Shown: positions 25,660-38,983 of the stretch, piece by piece
Position numbering within the stretch: the stretch's first letter is position 1
Layout of the letters: each line of letters opens with the position of its first letter
DNA from: Orbicella franksi
Taxonomy: Eukaryota
Assembly: GCA_964199315.1 (NCBI GenBank)
Contig: OZ116698.1
Coordinates: forward strand, 11,842,001-11,906,000
Length of the DNA stretch: 64,000 nucleotides
Direction of reading: 5' to 3'
Notes under the pieces: generated by a model
The model's database searches: none
Told to the model about the DNA's origin: nothing
The model's input: only the letters and a program-made list of their open reading frames with translations
Translations under genes and position numbers: made by a program

Positions 25660-28600
25660 TTAATTTGGTGACGTGGACATGAGTACCGTCGGATCAAAAC
25701 AAAACTCTCCGTACGCCTTACGGTTGCTATGACAACTGATCCGGTGAACGTGACTGTGCCTCCTTAAGTCTACTTTGCGGTAGAATGCTCTACCACATGT
25801 CTGACAGGCAAACGGTTTGAATCCCAGGTGTTTACGGCTGTGAGTGATGAGATTGGAAGACTGACTAAAACACTTTCCACACTGGCGACACTTGTGGGGC
25901 TTCTCTCCTGTGTGCACAAGCATGTGTTTCTTCATGTCCGACTTCTGGTGAAATCGTTTGCCGCAATAATCGCAAGAAAATGGCCTGATGTCGGCGTGAA
26001 TCAGCATATGCGTGGACAGGGTCGAGGAACGCTTGAAATGTTTACCACAAGTCTTGCACTCGAATATCTTAACAGTAGTGTGCGTCTTCCTGTGTTGTGC
26101 AAGGCTGACGTAATGACTGAATGTCTTTCCGCACGTGGCACAGCCGTACGGGCGGCTACCCGCGTGTGAGCGCCTCACGTGTACCTCCAAGCCGTGTGGT
26201 GTGCAGAATATTTTCTGACAGGTGTTGCACGTGAACGTGTCATGAGAGTTGCTTTGCTCCAGCTCGTTTTCATGCTGCGCTTTCATGGTCTTTTCGAAAT
26301 GTTCATCTTTCTTGCTGAAAGTTGTTTTCATGTCTTTTGTAGAAGGTTTTCGTTCTGGAAGATTATTGCTTTTAAAACTGGGCTCGTTTAAAATCACTGA
26401 GGCATTGCGTTCTTTCACCCAATGTTTCTTTGACTCTTGAATAAGAAAGGGCAAGTGGCTTTCTTCAGGAACTAACTCTGTGAAGACACAGTGTAGATAT
26501 ACGTTACATATGCGTACTAGCTAAACGAACCAGACAAAAGTGTTAGCACGATTTCCACTTCTTTCTCATGTCACAATGTTAACTTCCCACCACAACAAAA
26601 TTTCCTAAAATGACAGCTATGAGAGATCCGTTCCAACCATGAGGAGGGAGTACGCTAAACTAATGTTTCACGCTCTAAAAATTGATATTTTCACGGTTTT
26701 ATTATTAAGTTAAGTAAAACACTGCGCTGTGGCTAATAATAATAAGGAGCAAGTTCAAGCACAGGATTCGAATATCAACTTGACGTTTCTGATAAGACTG
26801 ATAATCCTACTGCACGAAACAGGCAGTCATCATTTGATTGCAAACGAAAATAAGATAACTTACTTGACTTGTCTCACGCAAGCCTACCACATGATATTTA
26901 AGTTATATTGTTCTTGTTCACGTACTCCCCTACAGTGTAAATCTCGGTAATATTATTTCCCATCTAAGGCATCCAATCAGTCTTTTCGCTTTTTTTTTTA
27001 TTAATTCACTGATTATCATGATTTAACAACCATATGACGCAGTTACGCTTAAAATATCTTAAAATTCCAAGAAATAACTCTGGACTTAATTTGATTTAAA
27101 TTTGGCTTCCCTGGTGGGCCTCTCACCAATCTCCAGTCGCTTAAAAATAATGAAAAATTAAAAAAAACACTCTGTCAACCCGTCAACATCTCCGAAACAG
27201 AACCGACGATTTGAAACACACAAATAAGCCCCAACAAGTGGAATCATTGAATGAACATCAGTGACTGTCCAATGAACAGACTAAGATCTACCGAAAGGTA
27301 TAAATAAGCTGAAAAAAATTTTTTTAGCCCATTTTCTGTTACTAAACGTAGCTTAAAGTGAGGCAATTTTCTAAGATTTTCACTTTAAGATTGTGCTGCA
27401 TTGGGCAAAACAACTTTGAACAAAAAAAATGCCTCAAGGCAAATCCTTCATCGCTTTTCTGTTTTAACACGTCTCTTCAATTTCCTTTCGAACTTTACTA
27501 GAGGAATCGTTAAAACATCAATTGGCATGATATCAGCTTCAGGAGAAAAAAGAACTTCCACTGATCAAAAGGAATTGTTGGATCGGAAAAACAAGGCGTC
27601 GGCGAAGAAGGATAAAAATGGTAAACAAATTTCAAGGGAGTTACACCAAAGACTGGTTCACGCACCTTAGACCAGATTTCGAAGTTAATTGTAAGATGAT
27701 CAACATTTCTTATCACGAAATCGGAACGCATTCGTTCAGCGCCAAAATTTGTAAATTTATTCCATTCATTTTTCCTGAGGCCATGGGCTGGCATTTCCGC
27801 GACTTCCGATTGTAAAGTGGAATAATCAGACGAGTATTTTCCGTGTAGAGGAACATCGTTTTCCTAGTATGCCTAATAATGCGCAGGAACATTGATAAAA
27901 AGTAAACAGGGATTCATGTGCCTTCCTATGCCAGACAAAGCTGAACGCGAGTGATATTTTTCAAAATAAATAGTTTCAAAACTGACTGATTTTTGGAAGC
28001 AAACTCCGGAAAAGTAAAGTTGACAGCTAAGAAGTAGTCTTTCATGTTTGATATGAGCTTTACTTAAAAGTCACAGCTGAATTGGTACGTGTTGCTGTCC
28101 AATTGTTTATCTAACGATGCCTCGTGTACCACTGTTTAGATACTCTGGAGACAGAAGCTAAACAATTCTGTCACATCTTATAAATGCTCCTTCCAATTTC
28201 CTTCAACTTTTGCTACGCGACTTATGATACTTTCTTGTCAGAGTAGCTTGTTTTGCCAATAGTTCAACCGGTTAACGTCTTTAGACTTAATTAAACAATG
28301 CTTCTTCGAACTGGGGTCACGTAAGGTACAGATTTCGTTGTTTCTTCAGGCCCTTCATGTCTTAAAAACCAAATTCTTCCTAAAACAGATGATCAAAGTT
28401 TAAAATGAAAGTTTGAAGTTTGTTTTTTATCGTGATTTCTTTCAGTCGTCGCACGAAAACGATAATGGTGTTGTTATCTTCTAGCAAACAAAATCGACGA
28501 AATTTCCTCTGCATTGTTGGATCTTAAAGACAGTGCAATCTTTACCAAACAGGAACTGATTTCTCGCAGATTTTGTCGCAGCGATTTAAGCAACTTCGAC

Positions 28601-30011
28601 AGAGTGTCGCTGATAAAATGTAACTAACAATGTGCATATTGGCAACGCCTTAATGCGGTTTGATTCTTAACTCTTCCGAAATTAAGATCTATTAATGTGA
28701 ACGAGCACGTTTCGAAACTCGTGCGTAATATCGCAGCATTGATGAAGCAAATTTGCGATTGAATAATTCCCGGAGATTGAATGAATAGAGCAGGTGAAAT
28801 GAAACGTATGCTTCCTCTTTAATCACTGGCTATTTACTCAGTGAAGTTAACTCATTATGTAGATTAACTTCATTGAAAAGTAAATTCAACGAAATCCAAT
28901 CTTTGAATCTGTTGCCGAATATCTCAGTTCTCTTTCTTGCCCAAGAAGGGCCACAAAAAAATTGTTTTCATCTTCATGAGGGTCACATGTTCTATACAAA
29001 CCAAGTTCACATAATATTAGCAGGTAAATGTCGCGCTTATATTGCCCTCCTGTCGATTAAAATCTTCAATAGCACCGGAACGCTTCCTACAGCGCCAGGG
29101 CAAATACTAAATCAGAATTTTCTTTATGAAGCCAGCCATTGTCCTACAAATAAGAGTCACTTTTCACCTTTCTTCCCTGTTTTGTTTGCTTAAGCGCCGA
29201 TTGACTGAGGAAAATCTCATATCCGGACTTAATACAAATGAGCTTTTTGAGTGAACGTTCAAAACTGTGATTTTGCAGGAAATAAAATTTTCAAAGGAAA
29301 TCAAATTTCTTCAGTTCTCTCGGTCGGGTGTAAACCAAACATGGGACAAATGCAAAAAAGAAATACCAAAAGTTTAGAAAGCAAAGCAATGAATTATTAA
29401 ATGTACCGAAAAGAAAGAAAAAAAAGAAACCATATATTTATCCTGATCTGTACGTGTAGTTTTTTTTCTGTCGAATTTCTTGTGGAAAAGTTTTCGTTTT
29501 ACTTCTTAGTTGCAAATAGGTTGCTTAGTCTTAAACACGAATTTTATGAAAATTCTACACCGTCCGTATTTTGAAATAAAAATGTTTAAAGAAATAAGTA
29601 AATAGAGGCTGAACAAGTTACTCTGCAATGATTCGAAACGCAGCAACTATACAATCACGGCATTATTAGTCTTTTTCGTTTTGTTTTTTCCTTGAAAATC
29701 ATGCCAAATTCAGCACATTAAATAACTATTTTATGAGAGCAGTAAATATCCTCTTCAATGTAACGAATTAAAACCGTCCTTAGCCCGCCCAGAAAATGGA
29801 AAAATACGGTATTGCGTTTGTTAATTTTAAAGTAGCCTTGCCAAATCCGCGCCCGGAGAAGACATCTTTTTTCCGGCCATAGCAAAATCAATGCTTAAAT
29901 GATCACCAATGTACGCAAGATAACAAGATGATGTATTCTCTAACCTGGAGGCGCGCTTTCAGTGACATCCGCGTGTCCCTTACGGACTCGAACAAGGAAA
30001 GATTTCGGCAT
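25660..30011 (-). CDS. gfi1: Gfi1/Senseless-family SNAG + six C2H2 zinc-finger repressor (Gfi-B): join(30011-29945, 26435-25660), about 280 aa
   Basis: Exon 1 reads [12 protein letters not shown]... and ends G|gttaga. Acceptor ttattcaag| at 26436-26437. Fingers include [19 protein letters not shown] (Gfi1 ZF1 signature) through RKVDLRRH. Additional small internal exons are not excluded. Confidence 0.9.
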
Positions 30012-32654
30012 GATGTGATAAGAGCCCAAAACCTTAGGGTACAGTTGTTCGCTTGATTTTGTTCTGTTATGCTCCTCGTTGGCGATCGTGCAAACTGCGG
30101 AAATTTTGGCTGCTCGATGTGTTGACCTTGCGAGCCCTTGACTGAGTTTGAAGGCTGCTTCAAGCTGGCTATCAAATTTACTTCAATCAACCTGGGAGAA
30201 CAAATGTTACAGTAATTACACATATCAGCTGAACGCCTCCTGTTTTTTTATACACAGGCTTGAGTTGACTTCTGTTGTCCTATTGGTTCTCCCATCGCGG
30301 ATTGTCCCATGTTAATGAACTCGTCGCAACTGATTTGTGACTTATTTGGTAAAGAGAGGAAATTGAAAGCCAACTTGATTATAAAGATTAGCAACAAAGT
30401 GAGCTCAATTGTGATTAAAATTTTCGTCCAGCAAACTTCTTTAAACAAACGTCGTTTTGGAACCAAGCATTGCCTGCACGTTGGTAGCACGGGTTCGCGT
30501 GCTGTAAATTACTTCGGACAACTCCACGCTTAATAAGTCAAATTTCTAATAGAAAACAAAGTACATTGCTTAAGGTATTCTGTTGACTTCAGAGTGTAAT
30601 TTTAAAATTGGATTAAGGGTATGATTTTAATGAAACTTGTTAAATGGAGGCTGAAGAGAGTGACCCTTGCAGCTGAACTAAATGTAATTATATTGCAATA
30701 TCAATCCTGGTTTTATTCTTTAATTTTTTGGTTTTGTTTCATTTCTTGTGGTGTGAAAATGATATCTGTGAACTGTAAAGGAGACCGAACAACTAAATGT
30801 TAATATTTCTTAATATTTTCAACAATGATTCAGCTTTTCTCCGTACGAGTCAGTTTACTTTAGAGAAACAAAAAGAAAAGACAAACACACCAAAATGGGA
30901 GAGATTTACAATAAATAGCTTTCTCAGTTCAAATTTGTCACGCCAAGCGAATAAAAGATTTGCAACACCTTTTTACCCAAGTAGATTTAATTTATCTTTC
31001 TAGCTTACATACCAACAAGAAATTTAATTGTTTCATTAAAACCATTAGTTTTATCAGCACTTCGAGAACGTGCCAGTTTTTATCAGATAAAAAAATGAGT
31101 TCATGAAAGCGAGATAAATTTAATTCATAATTTCTATTTTGCGACGGTGATGAATTGAAACGCCGCGAGGGAAAGTCAATTAAAATGATGGAATGGTCAG
31201 ATCTGCGAGCACTGCTTTGTTAAAATAATTCTTGTGTTAATCGCGAAGGATGTTTTTATGATCTGTCGCGTCACTCATCCAGACTAGTATTGATATAGGT
31301 AATGAATCTGTGAGCAGAATATCTGTGATACGTACAAACATCACTTTCTCTTTGTTCAGAGTTGCTTTCCGCGCTATTTAACTGACATACCGCGTGAATC
31401 AGTGATTAAGTGATTTATTTTTGCTTTTAAACCCTTGCTGAGTTAACTTAAAAATTCATGCGACGGTTTTGAATGCGGCATTCATAAAAAAAAATTCTCT
31501 GCTTTTTTAATTTTTTGACGATTAATTCTGAAGTCTAATTACGAAAGGGAATTGGGTGCGGGAGAAGTAAACAAGGTGCAAAAAATGCCTTCTTATTTCG
31601 TGAAAAGAAATTCATGAAAAAGAAATTCATAACCCAATGTACGTTTTTACCAGTATTGTAAATAAATAGTAAGAATGAAGGAGAATAAAATCAGCTTTTG
31701 ATCAATTATTTGTATCGAGATTTTTTGTGACCGCTCGTGCAGCTTGTTTTGTTTCATTTTTGATACTATCATTTCGGGTACTTTATTACTTTGTAGAGCG
31801 AAAATGACCACAGTAAGCCATGACTATGACGCATTAGTCTCAAAATATATTTTAATCATTATTTGAGGGAACAGGGAGGGCTGGAATCCTTAGCTCTCAA
31901 TCTGCAAAAGTTTCTCTTCACAAGACCAATATTCGACCAAGCAGAAAAGGTGATGCGGTGGAGAAAGAAAACTATTTAGTTGATTACCAAAGCGATCCAT
32001 TAAGATTTTTGGCTGGGGACTCAAAGGGATAAAAAGAATCCAGTTTTGTTTTTCCTTTCGCGATGAAAGAATATAAAACTTTAAGCGACATTGAATTAAA
32101 CAAAATTAAATCATTATTTACTTACTAATTGAATCAGTATCAAATCAATTAAATTGCATTAGTGCAGAATCGTTTGGTTTTTGAAAAGCTGAATGAACAA
32201 TTAAATCCGGTATGCGATCATCTGTTTTTACGGACCTTGGTTTCTACATCATAACTATTGTTTTTTCTTCGAATTCAGAAAGAACACTTTTAGACAAATA
32301 TTGTACTGTTCATTGCAGTTAAGAATTTATTTTATTAGTGGTTTAAGTAATTTCTGTATGCCGACATATTTTCTCTTTTAAACGGGGGATTCTTATTTCA
32401 AATTTTACGTTTCTCTTGTCAATCTCCCTGATTAAATCAACCTTATTTTAGAGCAGGTTTTTTAAAGCAATGATTCAGAGCTTTTTAATATGGCAGCGCC
32501 ATTTGGGGAAGCACGTTGTGGGAATAAAGTAAGTGAGAGGATGTACCCAAGGTTTCAGTTCAATAAGCTGAGTAGATCAAAACCTGTTGAACAGGATCTT
32601 GAATTCACCGCCACCTACTGTCCATTATATGTAGATGATATAATTACAGTACTA

Positions 32655-33151
32655 CCGTGTGGCACGAAATTTTTGCGGTTCTAATTTTTTGCGATTCTTT
32701 CGGTTTTTTTCCGCGATCCGCAAAAATAGTTCCCGCAAATTTTTTTTCCGCAAAAAATTTACTCCAGTGGCGAAATTATACATAAAAACCTCATATGTAG
32801 AATCTAGTTGATGCCAGTTATGTAAAACGTCTCTTTAAATAAAACGATGAAATTGTCCACGGTACACTACAGGTGTAGCTGCTAAAAAGTTTACAGAAAA
32901 AGGATCGTTTGAAGGTACTATCAGCCACACTTGGCAAGACGTTATTTGTAATAGAGCGACTGATTACCGTGTAGTGTAATAAAAAAAACGCCGAATAACC
33001 AGCAAATAAACACGACTTTCTGAAAATCGCAAAAATTGATACCCAACTCGAAAAACGAGTCCTTCGCATTCGCAAAAATTAGCTCCCGCAAAATACAAAA
33101 ATATCGCCGATCCGCAAAATTAAACTCCCACAAACATTTCGTGCCACACGG
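32655..33151. mobile_element. MITE, Tc1/mariner-like (TA-flanked)
   Basis: TIR ccgtgtggcacgaaat / atttcgtgccacacgg, with TA on the left flank and repeated ccgcaaaa subterminal motifs. Confidence 0.8.
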
Positions 33152-35427
33152 TTCTCTAAACCAAAACACAGTGGTCCAAGGTCACTGATGCAAACAACTG
33201 AAAACATAACCTGCGAATAATCAAAGAGGCGTTACATTGCTTGCAATGCATGACGAGCATTACGTGAAGATAACGCATGCGCAGGAAGCGGGGCGGGAAG
33301 TGGAATTCGCAAGATGTTGTCTTCTGGTCCTCAGAGCTCCTTTTAGTCAGGAGCGCGACCTCTAGAGTCGAGCATAAAAAAGTCGGGAACTGGGAGAAAT
33401 ATAAGAGAAAAATTTGTTTTTTACTCTAGAAATAGCATAAAAAGGGTGATCTTTAATGGTAACAACAACAAACATCTAAAGAGCTTGTGAAACTTAGGTA
33501 ACTTGAGAAATTTTTTGGCTCTTTGGGTGTATTTTTCGAGGAGAAATTGGCTGGGTGGCAAAAGGGCTAATGAGCTCATACATTCTTTGTAAAATTTTGA
33601 GAAGTTTAAAGCCGCTTCACAGAAAAAGTATTCAACACATCGGGCTCAAATTACTTGGGACAGTTAATCGTGCTGTGCCCTTTCAATATTCAGAGCTAAT
33701 ATTTTGTAACTCCATCAGAAACTTTATCGCTTATGCTAATGAAGCAAATATTGTGAACAAAGATTCTCCTATAACATAGCATCAACAGCAGAAATAGCAT
33801 AGCATACAGCCTAACATAGGCCGAAGCTTTCTACCAGACTTCCACATTTAGACCTGTTTTCCTTTCATCGACTACATTGCGTCCTTCTTTTATCAATTCA
33901 CTTATGGAAATCACTGTAATCAAAGGAATCTTAGAAGCAGTTGAAATTTTGGACAGAAAACCTCTGAGCCATGTAAGAACTGTGATACATCGAGCATAGG
34001 CTCTAGGGTTTTAACGTAATCTTTGCCATGGCAACCACACAAGCAACGTTAGGCGCAATCAAAGTTGAAAAAGAAAAACTTTCATGTGCTATATTAAACA
34101 CAAAGAATTTGAACACTATTTGAACCATTTTACCCGAATTATTGTGTTGCGTTTTAAGTCTATAGAGTTCAGTAGGACGTCAACGGTTTTGCGGTTTTGC
34201 CAATGTATGTGAGAATGAAAGAATTCATAAATGCGACGCTCGGGGGTTGTTTTAACCAACTTAATTACTGCATCTTGTGATGTGATGACTAAAACATGGA
34301 AGCGTATTATTTTCAAAAGCGTCATAATGTGATAATGAGATTTACAGAAAATAAAAGTCCAACAAACAGTATTATTCTATCCGTCTGTGTGCGTAACACA
34401 CCTCAACATTCGCGCAGAATAAATAGTTCAAACATGTTTAAATTTTTCCAGATGAATTTTTTGACAAGTTAACGGTCTATTTGTCTGTCTGTTGTTTGCT
34501 TCTGTTATGTTATGTCTTGTTCCAGATGACTTGCGTATTTCTTAAGTGGTCATGTAACGGGTCTTTTTGTTCTGGTCTAGTGTTGTTTCTGCTGGCGACG
34601 CATTGATGCCGAAGATGATGTTTTAACATCTTTATTCTATTGTGTTATTGTGTCTTATAAATTTTTCTCGAAGAATCTTTTCGCATGTTTGAATAACGGT
34701 CTTTTGTGTTTTTGTTCATTGTGGTTAGTGAAGGATAAACTGAGCTTTCGCGCGTAAAACAATAGTTTTTCTTCATCCTATTATTTCCTAAATTTTCCAG
34801 ATGAAGAGTCTTTTGTCAAGTCCAGACAACAAACTCTTTGCGTCTCTGCCAATAAAATGGGACTCAAAAAAGGGCATCTTTTTAATTATTGTCTTCTGAA
34901 TATACATGTTTAACAGCTTTAAAAGCTTGATGAAAACGTTATATACTTACAAGGTATCAGCCTATAACCCTGATCGAATGTTTACCGACAGAGTCATTTT
35001 TTAAAGGCTTTCACGTGTGCAAATGGCTCGATAGCCAATGAAAATTGACGAAGCAGAAACCTCTCAAAAACGTGCACTTATTCTGTCGCGTCACTGCCAC
35101 CGGATATGAATGAAGGCGATCGTTTAATTTTCTACTCCTGTATTTACTTAATTCTAATCAATTGCTTTCGAAAACCATTGCCGGATGAAGTTTTTCCTAG
35201 CTACCGGACGGATATTTGAATAGATTTGTTAAATTCGGCGGTTCTGAGCGCTTATCTCTTTGTACTAAAAGAAGCCGGCTAAAATATCTGTTGATTCTTA
35301 ATGCTAGCAATTATACGATTTAAAGACGACCTTTGGTTCCAACGGTCTTGAGTCTAGTTGAAAACCATACTTAAATAACACTTGAGAGCGTCTCCGTTAC
35401 AGGCCGTTAGGTGTACCCAAGAGCCTT

Positions 35428-35434
35428 TATATAA
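35428..35434 (+). promoter_or_regulatory. TATA box upstream of the candidate peptide gene
   Basis: TATATAAG about 105 bp before ATG 35538, with a pyrimidine-A initiator-like site about 30 bp downstream. Confidence 0.4.
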
Positions 35435-35537
35435 GACGTAAACAGACTCCACGATTCTCAAACGTTGTATTGACGCCCAACAAGAACGTGCAACGCTCAT
35501 AAAGAAAATGTAACAGATATTACAGACGACTTCCACG

Positions 35538-35720
35538 ATGAAGAACATTCTTCTTATTGCTTTCCTTTGCCTGTTGCTTGGAATTTCTTTTCAAGGTTTA
35601 GAAATGCGACGGATGCCCCACTTAGAATGGAACTCGCGCGGTTTGCCCATGCAGTGGAGAAAGAGATCATCTACCAATAGCCACCGGAGCAAGATATATA
35701 GCGACTTTTATAGAAGGTAG
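35538..35720 (+). CDS. Candidate small secreted peptide precursor (60 aa)
   Basis: MKNILLIAFLCLLLGISFQG signal-peptide-like N-terminus; RR, RKR and terminal RR basic sites; A at -3; TATATAA at 35428-35434; AATAAA at 35851-35856. No family recognised. Confidence 0.5.
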   Translation: MKNILLIAFLCLLLGISFQGLEMRRMPHLEWNSRGLPMQWRKRSSTNSHRSKIYSDFYRR

Positions 35721-37642
35721 CTAAATTTGTCAAACGTTTTCTGTTTCAATGTTGTTCATCGGTACACTTCGGGTACTTTGTGAAAGGTTCAGGGTCAGTT
35801 AAAAATTTTTAGACAGTGAACTGATTGTCGTGTCAACTTTGCCTAACAGTAATAAAAAAACGTATCGGAATTCTTGCTTCAGACATAAAGAAAGAAACAA
35901 TCTTTCTCTGGCCAAAATACGGGAACTAACTTATAACTGTATTAGGATCAATCTCTCGATTACAGAGGTGCGCTCGGTATGGCCTTACGGTGTGTACGAA
36001 TATAGGGACTGGTAAATTAACCTTACAAATGAAACAAACAAACAAACAGTTATTCTAAAAAAAAGTCCTGAAATTCTGCATTTTAATAATATACTGATAC
36101 GAGTCAGGCCCAAATTAATCAAGTTGTCCAAATTAAACGCCCAGACAGCCCACTATTGTGCAAAAAATCGAAATGACTTGGTAACAAAGTTATTCACAAC
36201 AATATTCTGGGTTGGGTCCTACCCCCGGAGAGGAACGAACCCCATCCCCCTTCAAACTGAAGTTAGAAAGAAATATATCGATCACTCCCTTATAGACCTA
36301 CAGGAGTACAACATGTGGTCCTATCTCATCGTCTAACTGATAACAACAATGTCAAAAGTTATAGCAAACCCCATTCAATGGCAAAACCCTCATCGCCCTG
36401 GGGGCAATGACTAATTGAAAGATTCTAAAAAAAAGTCGCAAGTACTTAATCGTTGTACATTTCCTTTATCTTTCTTGCCAGTTCTAGACCCTACAGCTTG
36501 GACGCGGATGAAGACCAGCAGAATGATTTTCCACCTCACTTTCCTCGTCCGGGGAAAAGAACTGTGTATCCATAATAATGTTTGGAAGTAGAGATATACC
36601 TCTGCGGTTCAGAAAGAACCTCTGATGGCTTTTAGTACATAAGTTGACGTGCACGGTGTAATGTCACATACAGTCATTGCTCTTGCATTTTTTGGCACTT
36701 GTGTGTTATATAGTTATTTCGTCTGCATTCCCGATTTCGTTAATTTGACTGGATTGATTAGAAAAAAAAAACAGCCTTCCGTTCCTCTTTAGTTCGATTC
36801 CTCGATAACTCGGAACACTGGGATTAACTTCACTTTCTGTTAAAATAAACTGTAAATTCAATAAAAATGCGTCAAGCTACAGCTGTGTTATTATTGGCTA
36901 CGTTAGCCACAGTTGCTAGTTAGTCACAATGGCTAGATCAAAAAAAAGGCTGCGTCATAATTTCTCAAAGACTGTACATGCATATGCTGCCATCTAAACA
37001 TCTAAGTCTAAACATCGTTGAGCTCAAGCAGGGAACAGAGCGAGTAAGAGGCCAATAACTGACTAGTTCCCAGTCGTCTCTCAGAGTCAACCCCTGCTTT
37101 ATCACTTTTCCCCAGTCGACTCTCGCTCCGGTCGGAGACTCAGAGACGGCTGTGACCTGGATCAAAGGACAATGCCAGACGGAGCCGTAATAAGTGTTCG
37201 AGGTGGCTGGCAACAGCTTTCAACAATTTCAAGTAATGTTACAATACTGGTATCACGCAAATGCTCAATCATTGTCAAATTTGTTGTGGACATTTTCATT
37301 ATTGTGGTAGACCGGGTAGACAGTTGATCCGCCAAAGTAAAACTGATGAAAAGTGCGGGAAAATGCTAGTCAGCCACCTGAATTAAATTAAATTGATGTG
37401 CCCGTCTTTTGAGATTTTAAAGTATTGTCTTTCTACGATTATGTATATTATTTATGTAGCGTGAGTATCATTCTGGAAGCTTGGAATAGCAACTGATGAT
37501 CGCGCTATTGCGTGATGTTGTATGTCTCGATGGTCACGCAATGTATTATAGTCAGTCACGCAATTAACTTATTTTGTCACATGCTCCCCTTCACCGGCAA
37601 AGAACAGCTGTAAAGCTGCAGAATACTACTTGAACATATTTC

Positions 37643-37767
37643 GAGCAATTAAGGATTTACACTGCTCGTGATATTTGAAAATTTATTCAAATTACACACG
37701 CCTAAAGGCTTGTGTAATTTTGAGAGAATTTTCAAATACCACTCGTGGTGTAAATCCTTAATTGCTC
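37643..37767. mobile_element. Palindromic MITE-like repeat
   Basis: gagcaattaaggatttacac...gtgtaaatccttaattgctc inverted arms of about 40 bp. Confidence 0.8.
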
Positions 37768-37792
37768 TCGCATTCGTACGCTTACCTATACT

Positions 37793-38037
37793 TATTATCT
37801 CTTTGGTCTTTTTCTATCTCAGTAAACTATTATTTTCAGGTTTCCTTCATTTTAAAGGTAATTCATTTCACAATCACAATGATGTAATTTTCTCAGTCAT
37901 ATAATGATAAACCAAAGGGACAAGGATGGTTATAATTAAGGATGGAGAAGATTGACACGAATTGTAAACGATAAACCTTGAAAAATTTAGACTAAACTTT
38001 TCAAGATGCGAATCCGTGACGTAATGAGCTCCTTTAA
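37793..38037. mobile_element. Rearranged copy of the TTAA MITE family (forward fragment followed by reverse fragment)
   Basis: 37793-37862 matches the forward internal sequence; 37904-38037 matches the reverse strand and ends agctcctttaa. Confidence 0.65.
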
Positions 38038-38983
38038 TAGATCGTGAACGAGCAGTGTAACTTGCGGGTGAGTTCGTATCACATGCGTTCCCGCAGAAAG
38101 CGGAGGCCTATCTTTGGAATTTCCGTTCACTGATTACGTCACAAATGACACACATGAAATTGACTGACCAGGTTTCTATTGGCAATAAGAATGGCCTTGA
38201 ATTGGTGGACGCGTGTTACAGTCTACAAGTTGATAAGCCACATGACGTTGGCTTGCCTGCGCATTTAAAATCTGTCGTATACATTGCAAAAAGATTCGGA
38301 CGATTTTAATTTTGGACAAAAAAGTGTCCGAAAATGAAACCCTCCAAAATTTTTAACCGTCCGAAATATTTACAGTAGACTATCAAACTTTTAAATCGGC
38401 TCCAAAGCAGCTAGTGTTCTTTATGGAGTGAACTCTAGCTGAGACACTGCTTAAGATACGTAACGGCTTGATAGGATTTTTCTTATTTTCCCGTCGGTGT
38501 ATCTGTAAACCCTTGAGGCTGTAGTAAAACTATCGTTATCTCAGATGTTGTTTCAGTCTAAAAGGTGATTTGTAGGCGTAAATTTACGTTAGCTACGTTT
38601 CAGCAGTGTCCGAAACGTGGTAAATTTCTTTTGCTAATATTTGTGTTGAAAATATTCCCGCACACCTTATTTATTCGATCTCTAAAAGTAAAAGAAAGAG
38701 AAAAAAGCTACAAGCATATACAAATGAATAAATAACTTTTTATTCAATAGTTATTATAAGTCTGTCGTGATTCACCATGGGAATTGTTTAAAAAAATTAC
38801 AGTTATTGCTTACCGTTTAACGAAACGGCCCAGTGAAATTGTTTGATATAATATTTTCTCAAATATGATATTCAGTGAAAGAAGAAATCTTGTGCATAAA
38901 ATATTATAATATATTAAACATTTTTTGTCGTTTTCAGTGATAAATAACATTTTACATCAATTGTTATGAGCCTTCTTATTTTC

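Noticed and set aside
27510-27794. 94-aa minus-strand ORF in Gfi-B intron 1 as an extra exon
   Set aside because: No phase-compatible acceptor/donor pair found and no homology recognised.
15980-31420. AAATCAC Gfi autoregulatory sites and E-boxes around the Gfi genes (e.g. 24611, 29265)
   Set aside because: A rough estimate gives about a dozen chance AAATCAC hits in 64 kb at this AT content; no enrichment can be claimed without conservation data.
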